Assembly: GCF_001194135.2 (NCBI RefSeq)
Contig: NC_068998.1
Coordinates: forward strand, 50,788,646-50,852,645
DNA: 64,000 nucleotides
DNA from: Octopus bimaculoides
Taxonomy: Eukaryota
Reading direction: 5' to 3'
Positions 37,774 to 52,963 of the stretch are shown piece by piece; within the stretch, counting starts at the first letter, position 1; the number at the start of each line of letters is the position of its first letter. The notes under the pieces were generated by a model. The model was not told the DNA's origin. It searched no databases and saw only the letters and a program-made list of their open reading frames with translations. The position numbers were made by a program, and so were the translations under genes.

Positions 37774-40700
37774 TGATAATAATGGTAATAATAAGTTTGG
37801 GGAAAAAATAATTGTTATTTTGATTTTTGAATAATAATTCTAAGTAACAAAAGAAAAATCATCATTGGATGTATTTCGGACATAGAATGCAAACAGACAG
37901 AGGGACAAAATTTACCAAGTCCAATACCACGTGTCCATAAGTAGGGAATGGAGAAACTGCGGTTAGCTTCCACAGGGATATCTTCCTGCCTGTAGACAAA
38001 TATAAGAACATTGATGAAAAAGAAAAAAACAAGAAAGAAAAGCAAGAGCTAGTAGAACACAGATTAGAGATCCAATACCAAATATGGAAATATATGAATT
38101 CTAGTATAAGTAAGAAGAATTTTTGCAAAATAGATATATGTATATACATATATGTATATATATATATACATATATATATATACATACATATATATATATA
38201 CATATATATATATANNNNNNNNNNNNNNNNNNNNNNNNNNNNNNNNNNNNNNNNNNNNNNATATATAAATATGTCTGTATACTCACATACACATTTATTA
38301 CCAATCCTTAAGGAATATATATATGCATATACACACATATAAGGTGTGAGGGGTGTTTGAGAACAGAACCCTTAATTATCAATATATTATTCTTGATGAT
38401 GATGATGATCATCATCATCACCATCATTTAACGTCTGCTTTCCATGCTGGAATGGGTTGGACGGTTTGACTGAGGTCTGGAGAGTCAGCAGCTACATCAG
38501 GCTCCAATCTGATTTGGCAAGGTTTCTACTGCTGGATTCCCTTCCTAATGCCAACCACTTCGAGAGTTTAGTGGGTGCTTTTTACATGCCACTGACACAG
38601 GAGCCAGTCAGAAGGTACTGGTATCAGCCATGTTTGGATGGTGCTTTTTACATGCCATGAGGATTTTGGAAAATCAATGAAGGCCAACGTCAAAGAACTT
38701 CAGGTTGCAGAGTAGACTATCAGAACTGCGGTGCATGAGAACATTCAATACAAATTGCTTGCACTGAGGAGAGGTCAGTTAATATTTACAAAGATACAGG
38801 AAAACTGATGCATGATAAGCAATTACTTAACAAGGTTGAAAATCCTCACGAATGTGGCAGAAAAACTTTAACAAACACCAAAACTCTAACAGGGGAACTG
38901 ACAGGTTATGTGCAGGTCCTTTTAATGACCCCAGATTCAAGAGTCATACCATGCCACCTCACATCTTTGATGGAGTTTCAGTATTAATGCTGCTGGATTC
39001 GTTGAGGTGTTGGAGAATTTAAGTTCTGTAGGGAAGAATTATGTAGTGGAAGGCCATAAGTGTTTTAACAAGATTCAGTACCTTCTCCCAAAGAATGGAT
39101 GAAAGACATGTAATATCAAGCCAGTAGTTTCCAAACTTGCTAGGTTTACATTTGATGGATTACTACATTTAGAGCATTGTTGAGAAGAAAACTTTTCGAC
39201 ATCTTTACAATACCATAGCTTCAATGAAAGTTGTCACTGCCCAGGTGATGTGTGAAATGAATAAAGATCGTTTAGAGCAGGTATGTCAATAATTCTGGTT
39301 CTGCATTGAAGTTGAAGGCAGATTCATAGAATAATCTCATATGAAAACTTATTGAGAAGTGCACAAATTTTAATTAAAGTACACTTGATTTTTGCCAGAA
39401 TTAGACATTAGAATTGATTTATTAAAGTACCGAATATGTCTTCAGAGACCTCTCACACCTTGTGTTTATGTAACGGATAAGAATAAGTCAAAAGTGTATA
39501 ATGGACACAGACAATTAGTGCTTAAACCAGACCAGGTACCTAAAATCCAACATTAAATGAAAGGAGATGGAATCCAAGCAAACAAGAGTTGGCAATAGGT
39601 AATGTGCCGGTCAAGCGAACAATATGATAATAGAAAAGATGGACGAGCAGTTGTTAAACAGACGTATAAACACAATTAACCAAATGAACTTTCGTTTTCC
39701 TGATATTCCGTTTTCTGCTTAATCATGCTTATATTCATTTCTGTATAACTTTCTTATAAATATTTAGATACCGTTAAGAGTTGCGTATCCATCTTTTCAT
39801 TTTATTTCATATATNNNNNNNNNNTATATATATATATATATATGTAAACTCTTATAGATTATACATGTTACTCTGAGTTTCCTGCTTAGTTAAGCAATCA
39901 ATGAAGCATTTGTGAAACAATTTCAAAGACATACTGAATTGTTGATTGAAAATTTGGATACAAATATGGTAAGGGGCGCAACTCATAAAAAGATCAAATT
40001 AAATTCTTTCTTTTTGTTAGTATGGAAATAAGACAAAAAAATAATTTAAATTAAAAGGATAAAAGTAAAAACAAATAAATAAGTGATAAAATAGATAACT
40101 AAATTAATGATGAAAGCCAAAAAAAAAAAATTATACAGAAAATAAAAGAAAAAGCAAAAATGTTATTGTCTACATGTCTGCTTGATAATAGATTATATAT
40201 GTTTTGAAAGCACATATGTATACACATATATTTGTATGCATATGAATACACATATGTTCCATGAACATACATTGACGATTAAGTATAAGTATATGAGTAT
40301 CCTGCAGGCTCATGTATTCTTAACGTAATACAAAGATGCATTGGGCTTGTAACTGCATGTAAAGAATATCTGAGTACATAAAAAAATATACCTGCATATC
40401 TTCATTTATACATATAATCAATGGTATACCTGGCATCGTCTCAGACCTCTTCTAATATGTTATTCCTTCCCGTATCATTAGCAATCTCGTTATTTAATCC
40501 TTTATTTCATTTTAATCCACTAGCACAGAGAAATACTTAATTAATTTAAAGATCTATAATGAGTTGCGCCCCTTACAACACCCACATTTCTGCAGAGAAA
40601 TAATACAATGTCTGTGTATTTTTGAAGTTTCCCTAACTCAAACTGATAAAATAAATTAACCAAGAGACAATTAGTAGCTTAATGAAACAGGAAACTCAGA

Positions 40701-43700
40701 ATAACAGTGTATATTCTTAGAATTTGTAATTACATCATATATAATATATATATATAGTCACTCTCTATTTCTAGTACTCTATTTTCACCCACATCATTAT
40801 TATATATACACACACATGCATACATAAATGCACATGTGTGTTTGTATAAGTCAAGAACAAAATTAAACTACTAGGTCAAGGAATGGAAGTCTAAATAATA
40901 ATGATAATAATAATAATAATAACAAACTCGTTAGAGATAAATGTCGTAAATAAATGTATAATTACTGTTAATTATTGCCTCATGTTTTACTTATTTTTTA
41001 TCAACAATCTACTAAGGAAACTGTTTATTTTTAATTTGAGAGGGTAAGACACACAAACAGGCATGTAGGATGAAAACAGTGTTAATTGAATAAACACACA
41101 CTTGAAGAAAACAACATCAGAAGAACACAAGACTTCAAGAGAGAAACATAACAGCACAAAGATTGAGCTGAGAAATTTTTACTTTTTTTTATATATATAT
41201 TTTTTTATCTGAAAATGTTGGTTATTGAGAACTGTAAAGATCAAGCTGATAACAATAAAAAAAAGGGAGGAAGAGAGGAAGGTTATGAAAAACCAAGGCA
41301 GATGGGTTGAGGGAATTTAATTCTTAGAATAACCAGACTCAAGATGCAGTGTAGAAGACTAATGATAGCACAATGGAATGAAGGTAATTGAGAAGATGAA
41401 GAATAAGATAAGTCTTTAGGATGATGGTAGTGTGTGATATGTGAGGTGTGGTGGTATGGTGTGGACTGCTGTATATCTTAATCCTGATCCTCACTGACGT
41501 TGTTTTAACGTCCAGTTTTCCATGAAGGCATGGGTCAGATGAAGTTTCTTCACCTAGTGTACTGAGGCAAATTTTCTACATCCTGATGCTCTCTCTGTCA
41601 CCTACCCTCACTTGTTCCTGAGTAAGGTAACAGTTTCCCATGATCAGACGTGTTTTTGCTAAATATTTGGAATGAACAACACTGCTTGTATGACAGGGAA
41701 ACACATTTACAAACTACCGTGCAATGTGAAGACAAGGAGACACAAACAGACACGCACATTCATATAAATAAATATCAGCTGGGGAATAACTTACTGCCTT
41801 TTGTTACAGATACATGATGGGCTTCTTTCAGTTTCCACCTACTAAATCCACTATAAAGGCTTTGAACAACATGGGGGTGGGGCTGTAATATAAGATACTT
41901 GCCCAAGGTACCACATAGTAGGATTGAACCCAAAACCATGTGGTAGGGAAGCAAACTTCTTAATCATATAGCCATGCCTTATGTGATGTAGTATATTGCA
42001 TGGTATTTAGTTTAGTGTGTGTGTGTGTGTGTATGTGTATGGGGGGAGTAATGATATAATGTGCATTGGTATCATGTGATATTTAGTTTAATGCATTATC
42101 TAAGGTAAATTATTGGCAGAATGATCAGCGCTGTGGGTAAAATACCATGCAGTTATTCATTTCAGCTTTCTACATTCTGAGTTCAAATCCTGCTCAGATA
42201 ACCATTGTTTTTTAAAATTTTTTTTTTTATTTCCATTATCATTTTGGGATTAATGAGTATAGTACGAAACCAGAACTGGAATCATTTCCTCTTTCTCACC
42301 ACACACCCTCTCGCTCTCTTTTTTTCCTTTTTTTCTGGGTTCAGCATTGAGATAAGACTTCATGTCAGCACAGACAAGGCTGTGCGGTTAAGATGTATGC
42401 TGCCAAACCACATGGTTGGGGTCGTAGTGGAGATGGAGGCTCATGTGGTGGTGGTGGTGGTTTGGTGATGTTGTTAGTGATGTGCAGTGGTGATCGATGA
42501 TGCTACAGAGTTGGAAGGTTCTTAGACAAGATTGTAAAATATTGCAAAAGAGAGTGGGGAACCTTGCAGCTATCCGGCAATTCTGAGTCTGACTGCAAGA
42601 AGCTGGTTCTGGATCTGTTAATTAATCGTTTTGCAAGAATCTGGACAACAAAGATAAGGCATTGGTCTGGGTTCAAAAGAACAAAAGGCAAAGAAGAATT
42701 TGGAATTCTTTAGAAATCAGGTTGGATCAGATTCATGCTCAGTTTGTGAGTCAAAGCCACATGGCCAGGAACCAAACCAAAAATCAAAGAAAAAAATAGA
42801 AACGGTTGAGAAATTCAATGCAATGTAAGAAAAACAAACATCACAAATATGTCCACGATTTTTGAACTTGTGTCTTAACGAGGATCTTAATTGATTAGAG
42901 ATATAGAGTAAGTACGTCTACAGGGTATTGCCTGAATTAATTGAAGCTTGTATTTTCTTTTTTTTTTTTTTTTTTTTTTTTTTCATAATAGATAATAAGG
43001 ATAGCCTGATGGTTTTTAAATGAGTACAATTACAAAAGTTAAAAAATTTTAAATTCAAAGGGTTTTCTGCTGAGCCCTGTATTTGACTGGCAGAATTACC
43101 CAACCTGGTTTGACATGATGACCTGACCCTTAAGTACCTTCAGTGTGATATTGCAAGCTAACCCTTAAGTGCCTTTACAAAGTGACATCAAAACCTGGCC
43201 CCAAAAGTGCCTTTATAGTGTGATATCACAAACTATCCCTTAGGATTCTTTTTGATTTGACATCACACCTAGACCCTTAATTGCCCTTATGGTTTTGTCA
43301 TTATAACCTGATCCTTAACTGCCTTTACGGTTTAACATAACATCCTGGCCTTTTATGGTGTGACATCATAGACTGACCCTTAAGTGCCTTTAGCAGATTC
43401 TATTCAGATGCAGGCATTGAGGCCAGGTTCTTGGTCTAAGGCTAATAATATACCAGTCTCAGGTGACCCTTAAAAGGGCCATGGACACCAGCCTTCCTCT
43501 TCTGACAAAGCTAGCAAAAAAAAAAAATAATAATAATAATAATAATAGTATTTATTTTGTCTGCCCCTGGAGAAATAAAGGTGCAAAACAGACCATGGCA
43601 AGATCTGAACTCAGTATCATGAATGAGAAAGGGAGATGCAATGAGATTTTTAACCTGAATATTCTACTACTACAGTTATACCTGCACTGCCTTGACAACA

Positions 43701-43707
43701 ACATCAT

Positions 43708-43771
<64 letters not shown>

Positions 43772-43884
43772 AGTAGTAGTATAGTAGCAGTAGTAGTAGT
43801 GGTGGTAATAGCATCTAGTTATGTAGTAGCTGTAGTAATGAAGTAGCAATAGTTGCAATGTGGTGGTGGTGGTGGTAGTAGTAA

Positions 43885-43935
<51 letters not shown>

Positions 43936-44187
43936 TAGTAGTAGTGGTGGTAGTAGTAGTAGTAGTAATAGTTGCTATGTAAAAGTGGTGGTAGTAGTAG
44001 TAGTAGTGGTACTATAATAGTAGTAGCAGCAGTAGTGGTACTATAATAGTAGTAGTAGTAGTAGTAGTACTTGTCATACAGCAATAGTAGCTATAGCAGT
44101 AACAACAGCAGCTGTAGTAATACTCATACTAGTTGCCAAATTGTCAGTAGTAGTAGTAGTAGCAGTAGTAGTAGTAGCAGCAGCAGC

Positions 44188-44218
<31 letters not shown>

Positions 44219-44220
44219 AC

Positions 44221-44258
<38 letters not shown>

Positions 44259-45230
44259 CAGCAGTAGCAGTATGACACTAGCCCTAGATACATAAAAGAA
44301 CTAACTAAAAAGGCTTTCTAATTGAGAAGGTAACGATGCGCAACTTACTACAAGTACTAATAATAATAATATTACTGAAAATAATACTAATGATGATGAT
44401 GATGATGATGGTGGTGATGATGATGGTGATGGTGATGATGATGGTGATGATGATGGTGATGGTGATGATGAGGGTTTCGTTTACTTGTCGCAGGGTTGTC
44501 AGACGAAGGGTAATAATGAAAATAATAGTAATAGTAATAATAGTAATCGTAATAATAATAATAATAATAATAATAATAGAATAAAAAAATAAACATTACA
44601 TTTATTGGCCACAAGGGCCAAAAATGTGGACAGTAAGAAGGTAAAATACAAAACAAACCAACACAAACAATAATAATAATAATGCTTTTCCTCAGAACAA
44701 CAGCTGAAAGTCAAAGACATTCTAACATGCCAAAACACAAAGAAACACAATCTTTCGTTGAACAACATGAACGGAGAAAGAAGAAGAGAGAGAAAAATAA
44801 AAACAGTTTGGAATACTGCATAATGTGGTCAAATGTTGAGTGATGTCAAGGAGCATAATTTGAACTCTCGATCACCGGGTTTACAAGAGAAATCAAAACA
44901 CAACAATATAGTACATAGTTGATATAATGATACAACAATTTCTGATATCTTAGGTTGAGTGTGTGGTGGTGATGCATGGACAGGTAATACACAGTGAATA
45001 TGGCTGCTAATGGTGAAGTAGTTTATACTATGGTTAATGGTGCAGCATAAGGTGCATACATGATATGTAAATACATACATATATATAAAATGTATATATA
45101 TATATATATATATATATTGAAGAGCATTGGTTTGAAACATCAAAGACTTTTCCATTCTTCCTGAGTGTCAAACTACACCTGCTAGTTGTTCCTTCACCTG
45201 TCTTTGTCTTTTGTTTTCTCTAAATATGAA

Positions 45231-45270
<40 letters not shown>

Positions 45271-47750
45271 ATTTAGCAAATGGCTTATTTAAATGCTAAA
45301 CGACTAAAAGGTCCTTATGGGGACAATATTATTTAGATAGCATCTATCAAATGAAGTAATTGCTGAACAGGTAACAAGTTTGTAATTACTTCCTTAAATA
45401 AAAAAGAAAAAGTATGGCTTTTAATTATTGTTATCATCCAGAATTGATATATTATAATGACATAGCCTGTATTATAGTATAACCTGTGTTATACTGGCAT
45501 AACCTGTGATTTTTGTCCAAGTATGGCCACTCATTTTGGGATACAATCTAAATTTAGCTTTTACAGAAACTTGGAGAAATTTTGGGAATTTTAAATCCAC
45601 GCTTTCGTCTTAGCCAAAAAGCTGGTCCTCAGCATTTCACCTAAGATCAAATTAGTTAACAATTTATAAAAATATAATTATCAAACACACACACAAATAA
45701 CCTTTGGAATGCATTAACATTTTATAACTTGAAAATCAATGGAAAAGTTAATTTTGCATCATGGGATTTCATATGGTAAGTTTTTAGAGACTCATTATTC
45801 CCACAACAGAGGGGGATTCGTGAATTTGCTTTAAATCTCTTGTTACTCTTTCATTTATTCAGATAACAGCATATACAAGCTGGCCTCTCTTAGGACAATA
45901 TTATTCTGATGGCTTCTAGCAGATAAAATAATTACTGCACAGATTAACAGATTTTTCAATATTGTTTGTTTACTATTTTTTAAAAATCTATTCTTGAAGA
46001 ACAAAAGCTAATTTTGATGATTGCTGAGGTGAAATTTAAACAGGAAACAATAAATTCTATAAGAGATTAATTATGGATCTTAATCATTAACATCATCCCA
46101 AATTAATGAATTATATTTGTAATAATCTGCTGGTTACTATCTGACAGACTTCACTCGTCTACAAGCAAATCTAAACAAGCCTTTTAAAACAGACATCATT
46201 CAGTTGGCTGATGAAATCCACTGACAGGAGAACAAATATAAGCAGGGTCTTTAGAATAATATTAAATGACAGATTATGTGTAATTAATGAAATGGATGGT
46301 ATACAGGTTAATATACAGTTGGTGATATCTGTGTGTACTGTTCAACTGTTCTTGGAAAATGAAAGGCAATGTTGATGACAACTGTGAGATTTGTGCTGAA
46401 AAAACAATGAAGCTCTCATATTAGATCCTGTAAGGAAGCTATTGTGATGCTTAATCATTTGTACTATTTTAAATTAACAGATAATAGAAACAATTCTTTT
46501 GTTAGTATCTGATAATACAATGCTATCAACATCATAAATGATATATCCAACTTGGTACTTTCTGTTGGAGAGTATCTACTTACCTCTAAATAACAGAGTA
46601 GAAGCAACAAATCTAAATCTAAGGTATTTGTTGCTATCACATTTCGCTCACATACACACACTGAACATTCACAGAGAGAAGCACACAAATTGCTTTAACC
46701 ACCACTAAGTGACAAATGTATTGTGTGTGTAAGAACAAGTTTGAAGAGATCATTAGGACTTTGTTAGACAGATGGTTTAGCTCAACTGCAAGGCAATAAG
46801 GTGTACCCCACATATATAAGTAGGTGTAAATAGGGCTTTAAGGCTATGCAATTCAGATGGATTGTGGTGTGATTAAATGTATGCTGTATGTAAGAGATGT
46901 GATTTGTATATATTTATTGGAATGAGTTCTGCAGTGACCTGGTTGGTGTCCAGGGTTAACCCAGTATGATGCATAAAAACGATGATACAATGCATGTATA
47001 TAAAACTGTCGAAAAATTTTTAACTGCTTATGCAACAAACAACTTAGAAAACAAAAGGTGAACCAAGTATTGAAAAAGGACAAAAAAAAAAAAAGGCAAA
47101 TGCCATCAGTGATAAACACAAAAACAACAACATTGACAAGAACATTATCACCTTTGGAAACACTGACATTGAGACTAACAGCAATTACACAGTAACAAGA
47201 AAAACCACAACATAAACAAAAATAACAACAAAATACACACAGACACTAATAACAGTGATATCTTTTATCTTTTGCATGTTTCAGTCGTTTGCCTGTGGCC
47301 ATGCTGGGGCACCACCTTGAAGGGTTTTGGTCAACCAAATCACCTCTTGGATTATTTTTTAAAGCCTAGTACTTATTCTATCAGTCTTTTTTGCCGAACT
47401 GCTAAGTTATCAGAACGTAGACACAACACCACCAGTTGTCAACAAGACCTTCAGCAAGTACTACAATTACTACGATAATAGAGATAATAATAATCCTATC
47501 TACTAAGGGTGCAAGGCCTGAAATTTTGGGGAGGGGACTAGTCGATTACATTGACACCAGTATTTCACTGGTACTTATTTTATCGACCCCGAAAAGATGA
47601 AAGGCAAAGTCGACCTTGGTGGAATTTGAATACAGAATGCAAAGACAGACGAAATGCCATTTAATAATAATAATAATTTCTTTACTTGTTTCAGTTATTA
47701 GACTGTGGCCATGCTGGGGCACTGCTTTGTAGTAGTAGTAGTAATAGTAA

Positions 47751-47809
<59 letters not shown>

Positions 47810-47977
47810 ATAATAATAATAATAATAATAATAATGACAATCACTATACCAACCATCCAACCAACTGAATATCAAGAACTAGAAAAAACCCAAAAAAACC
47901 CAAAGCAAAACAAAATAATAACAATTATGATTATCACTAGCAGAAGGAACAAGTAAACACGAAAATTATAAACAGTA

Positions 47978-48041
<64 letters not shown>

Positions 48042-48678
48042 TAAAATAAATAAATAAATAACAAATATACATACATACATACAGACACACATCATATGTT
48101 AATATATTATATAAAATATATATTACATAATATATTGTAATATGTAAACATACACATACATATACAATATACACACAGACAGGAACACATAAATGTATAC
48201 AATTAATACAATATTTTTGAAGAATCTGTAAGAAAATAAAAGTAATTCCGTTCCAAAATTGAAACTAAGGCATGCAGAAATTCTAAAGATTAATTATAAA
48301 AAAAAACAAAAGAACCGAAATAAACATCAGGCAGGAGTGAACAACAACAAAACAACAACAAAAACAAACAAATAATCTAAAATTTGTGACGATTCCTTCA
48401 TTCTTTTCTACGGTATGGCAATCACTAGAGCAAGGCTTTTCAAACAGGAATTTGTGAGGGGCAGATAACTCGTGGGTCAGTAACTCTAGGGATACAGGGA
48501 ATAGAGATAGAAACATAGTTAGATGGTTTTTGAGGAGGTGATTTACGATAGATATTTGTTAGTTTTGCTTACATTTTTAATTTTTGCTTGTTTATTCTTT
48601 TGCATGTGTGTGTGTGTGGGGGGGGGTGAAATTCAGTCTCGGTAAAGAAGATGTACAGATACACATACATATATACAT

Positions 48679-48730
<52 letters not shown>

Positions 48731-49658
48731 ATTTTGTCATGCGTATGATCCCTCAGTCTGTGGGAAAGTGGCGATGCACAAAACTGGACTGTGATGCAAA
48801 ACAAGCTGGGAAGCACTGTTTGAATGTACTTTCACTTTCNNNNNNNNNNNNNNNNNNNNNNNNNNNNNNNNNNNNNNNNNNNNNNNNNNNNNNNNNNNNN
48901 NNNNNNNNNNNNNNNNNNNNNNNNNNNNNNNNNNNNNNNNNNNNNNNNNNNNNNNNNNNNNNNNNNNNNNNNNNNNNNNNNNNNNNNNNNNNNNNNNNNN
49001 NNNNNNNNNNNNNNNNNNNNNNNNNNNNNNNNNNNNNNNNNNNNNNNNNNNNNNNNNNNNNNNNNNNNNNNNNNNNNNNNNNNNNNNNNNNNNNNNNNNN
49101 NNNNNNNNNNNNNNNNNNNNNNNNNNNNNNNNNNNNNNNNNNNNNNNNNNNNNNNNNNNNNNNNNNNNNNNNNNNNNNNNNNNNNNNNNNNNNNNNNNNN
49201 NNNNNNNNNNNNNNNNNNNNNNNNNNNNNNNNNNNNNNNNNNNNNNNNNNNNNNNNNNNNNNNNNNNNNNNNNNNNNNNNNNNNNNNNNNNNNNNNNNNN
49301 NNNNNNNNNNNNNNNNNNNNNNNNNNNNNNNNNNNNNNNNNNNNNNNNNNNNNNNNNNNNNNNNNNNNNNNNNNNNNNNNNNNNNNNNNNNNNNNNNNNN
49401 NNNNNNNNNNNNNNNNNNNNNNNNNNNNNNNNNNNNNNNNNNNNNNNNNNNNNNNNNNNNNNNNNNNNNNNNNNNNNNNNNNNNNNNNNNNNNNNNNNNN
49501 NNNNNNNNNNNNNNNNNNNNNNNNNNNNNNNNNNNNNNNNNNNNNNNNNNNNNNNNNNNNNNNNNNNNNNNNNNNNNNNNNNNNNNNNNNNNNNNNNNNN
49601 NNNNNNNNNNNNNNNNNNNNNNNNNNNNNNNNNNNNNNNNNNNNNNNNNNNNNNNNNN

Positions 49659-49693
<35 letters not shown>

Positions 49694-50297
49694 CATACAT
49701 ACACATGTATATATCATCATCATCATCATTTCATCATTGTTCAATGTGCATGTTCCATGCTGACAGAATGAAATGGATCCAAGGATTGCAATATGTTCCA
49801 GTGTTTTCTTTGACATGATTGATGGTTGAATGCGTTTCCTAATGCCAACCACTTCACAACAAATAATGGGTCCACTTTTAGATAGAGAGATAAATAGACA
49901 TATAGTCAGATACACATAGAGATATAGACACACACACATATGATACAATATATATATCTATATATATATATATATAGATAGATTCAGATAAATAAGATAT
50001 TTTCGGTGAGGCACCAGAATTTAGTATGGAATTATCCATACAGTTTCAAAATAAGGTGATTCAAATCAAAATAAGCAACAAGGATATCCAGAGGTAAAGC
50101 AGTACGATCGTTTCAAGTGACTCCATTTAATTGAACAATGCAATCATTACATCAATTTAAATGCAGACTATTCCTCAGCTGCATAGATACATAGAATTAA
50201 ATTAAATTGAAACGGATGGACACATAAGTATAATTTTACCTAAAACCTCCAAGATGGTTTGCATTGTTCAATTAAGTGGAGTTGCTTGAAATGGTTT

Positions 50298-50332
<35 letters not shown>

Positions 50333-50561
50333 ATGGAATGTTCTAGTGAGCAGTAACAAAATTGATTCAGTGTATGGCTACCTAATTAATTCAACTCATA
50401 CCAGAAATGGAAGCAGATGATGATGATGATGATGATGATGATAATGACAATGAAGTTGATGATGGTGATGATGCCAATAAAGATGATGATGAATATGATG
50501 ACGATGACAGATGTTGATTACAATGCTAATGAAAATGATGATGGGGATAGTATATGCACAT

Positions 50562-50609
<48 letters not shown>

Positions 50610-51971
50610 TGAGAGTGAGAGAAGGAAAAGCAAAAACGAGATGCATTTTAAAGCAAAAAGATAAGAGAAATGTCAATGTTGATTCTCATTATAAACAAAA
50701 AAACTTGGAATTAAGCGTGAAATGTCAGAGGTCGTGGGACCTGTGGGGAAACTCATTCAACTTCCTTTCACTGATCTGAATCAACAATCTCATCAGTAAA
50801 TTGAAAATACAGCAAAAGAAATCTATTTAATCTATTTGTATTATTTTGTTGCAGACAAACATGTCTTGTTTTCAGGAATTTTACATGTTTTCATCACAAA
50901 CAGAAGATTCTAGTCTCCTTTATTCCACCTCAACACCCTGCCCACACCCCCCCATGAAGTTACACTAGCGTCAAGAATCTAATTTACAATGTCATTAAGT
51001 TTAATGAGTGCTAACATGCTATCTTGAAGATGTAGAGTTTGTAAAAAAATAAATAAATAAAGAGGTGCAGATACGGCTGTGTGATAAAGAAGTTTGCCTT
51101 GCGATTACATAGTTTTGGGGGTTCAGTCCTGATGTGCAGCACCTTTCACCAAGTGATTTTGCTATACCCTGAAGCTGACCAGTTACCTGTAAGCAAATTA
51201 TTTGAAATGACGGAAACTGTGTTGAAGCCCCTAGTGTATGTGTGTACGCATGTTTGTAATGATCCCCTAAGTGGAGTTAGCACTCTTTGAACCCTGAAGA
51301 AGTCCAACCATAAAATAGTATGAATGTGGCAATTTTTGGGACATTAAACAACATATTTTGGAAATTCCAAACTACTTATTGGTCGGACAGCAACATATAT
51401 GTAGGTTCTTAACTTTTTTGAGCTTTCAACTTTCAATTTATTTCATCATCATCATCATCGTTGTTTAATGTCCACTTTCCATGCTAGCATGGGTTGGACG
51501 ATTTGAGTGAGGACTGGCGAACCAGATGGCTGCACCAGGCTCCAATCTGATTTGGCAGAGTTTCTAAAGGTGGATGCCCTTCCTAACGCCAACCACTCCG
51601 AGGGCCAGCCAGGCGGTATTTGTAATGCTTTTTCAATTAAATGTCAGCTTTCCCCAACATGCAAATAAATTAGTAATTATAGCCATTTATTCCCCATTTC
51701 CTTCTTGTTTCTCTCTCTCTCTCTCTCTCTCTTTATATATATATATATATATATATGCATGTATTTGTTATTTGCCTGACAACTGATGTAGGTGTGTTTG
51801 CATCCCTGTAACTTAACGGTTCGGCAAAAGAAACTGATAGAATAAGTACTAGGCTTACAAAGAATAAGTCCTGGGGTAGAATTGTTCAACTAAAGGTGGT
51901 GCTCCAGCATGGCCGTAGTCAAATGACTGAAACAAGTAGAAAAATAAAGAAAAGAAACACACACACACACA

Positions 51972-52011
<40 letters not shown>

Positions 52012-52924
52012 TTGAAATTTTGAAGCGGATAAAGGCAGGATGGAAGGTTGTTACCGAAATAAATGGTGTGCGCAAAGCAAAGCTAGACAAGAGCATACAT
52101 ACCAGATTCTTCAATGGCACCACATGACTTGCATTCTTATACACAAGTAAGATGTGGGCCATTATGAAGAAAGAAGAACAATGATTGGCTATGATGCAAA
52201 GGGCCGTAGAAAGATCCATGCAAGGAATATTATTGCAAGAGCATATCTGAAATGAAATAATTCAAGAATGGAGAGGAGTGAATGATGTGGTCGCAGAAAA
52301 GTGCAAGTTCCGGAGGGCCGGACATGCTGCGAGTTTTGGGGCCAACAGGGTAGACCTGTACAGCTGCTGATTGGTGTCCAAGACATCAGGGAAGGTCACT
52401 TGGAAGGCGTCCATGGTGATAGGAAGACAATTTAGTTCAGTGACTTGGGCCCAGACGGGAAAGAATGGAGCAGTCAAGAGAAAGTTGGAAGCACACTGTG
52501 ATCAGCGATGTATAACATCTCATAGTGTGGTCGATACAGTGATGTATGTGTGTGTGTGTGTGTGTGTGGATATATAAGCACACATACGCATATATATGCA
52601 TGTTAGTGTGTATATGTACCTTTGTGTATCATCATGACCATCATCACTTAATGTCCATTTTCCATGCTGGCATGGTGGCTCAAACCGTCCAACCCATACC
52701 AGCTTGGAAAATGGACATTAAATGATGATGATGATGACGACACACAAAGGTACATGCACACACTAATATGCATATGTATGCGTATGTATTTATACACACA
52801 CACAAGTATATATATATATGTCCATGTTCTTTTGCCACGTCATGTACCCAGTTTTGTATCTATATGTACATGTATATGAAGGTATGCACATACATGTACA
52901 TATATATGCATATACTCATATATT

Positions 52925-52963
<39 letters not shown>

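Noticed and set aside
43107-43394. CRISPR-like array
   Set aside because: Units are contiguous and degenerate with no unique spacers, there are no cas genes, and the context is eukaryotic.
48737-49948. ORFs of up to 403 aa
   Set aside because: They consist mostly of X residues from an N-gap; the same applies at 3471-4451, 55142-55457 and 61822-62310.
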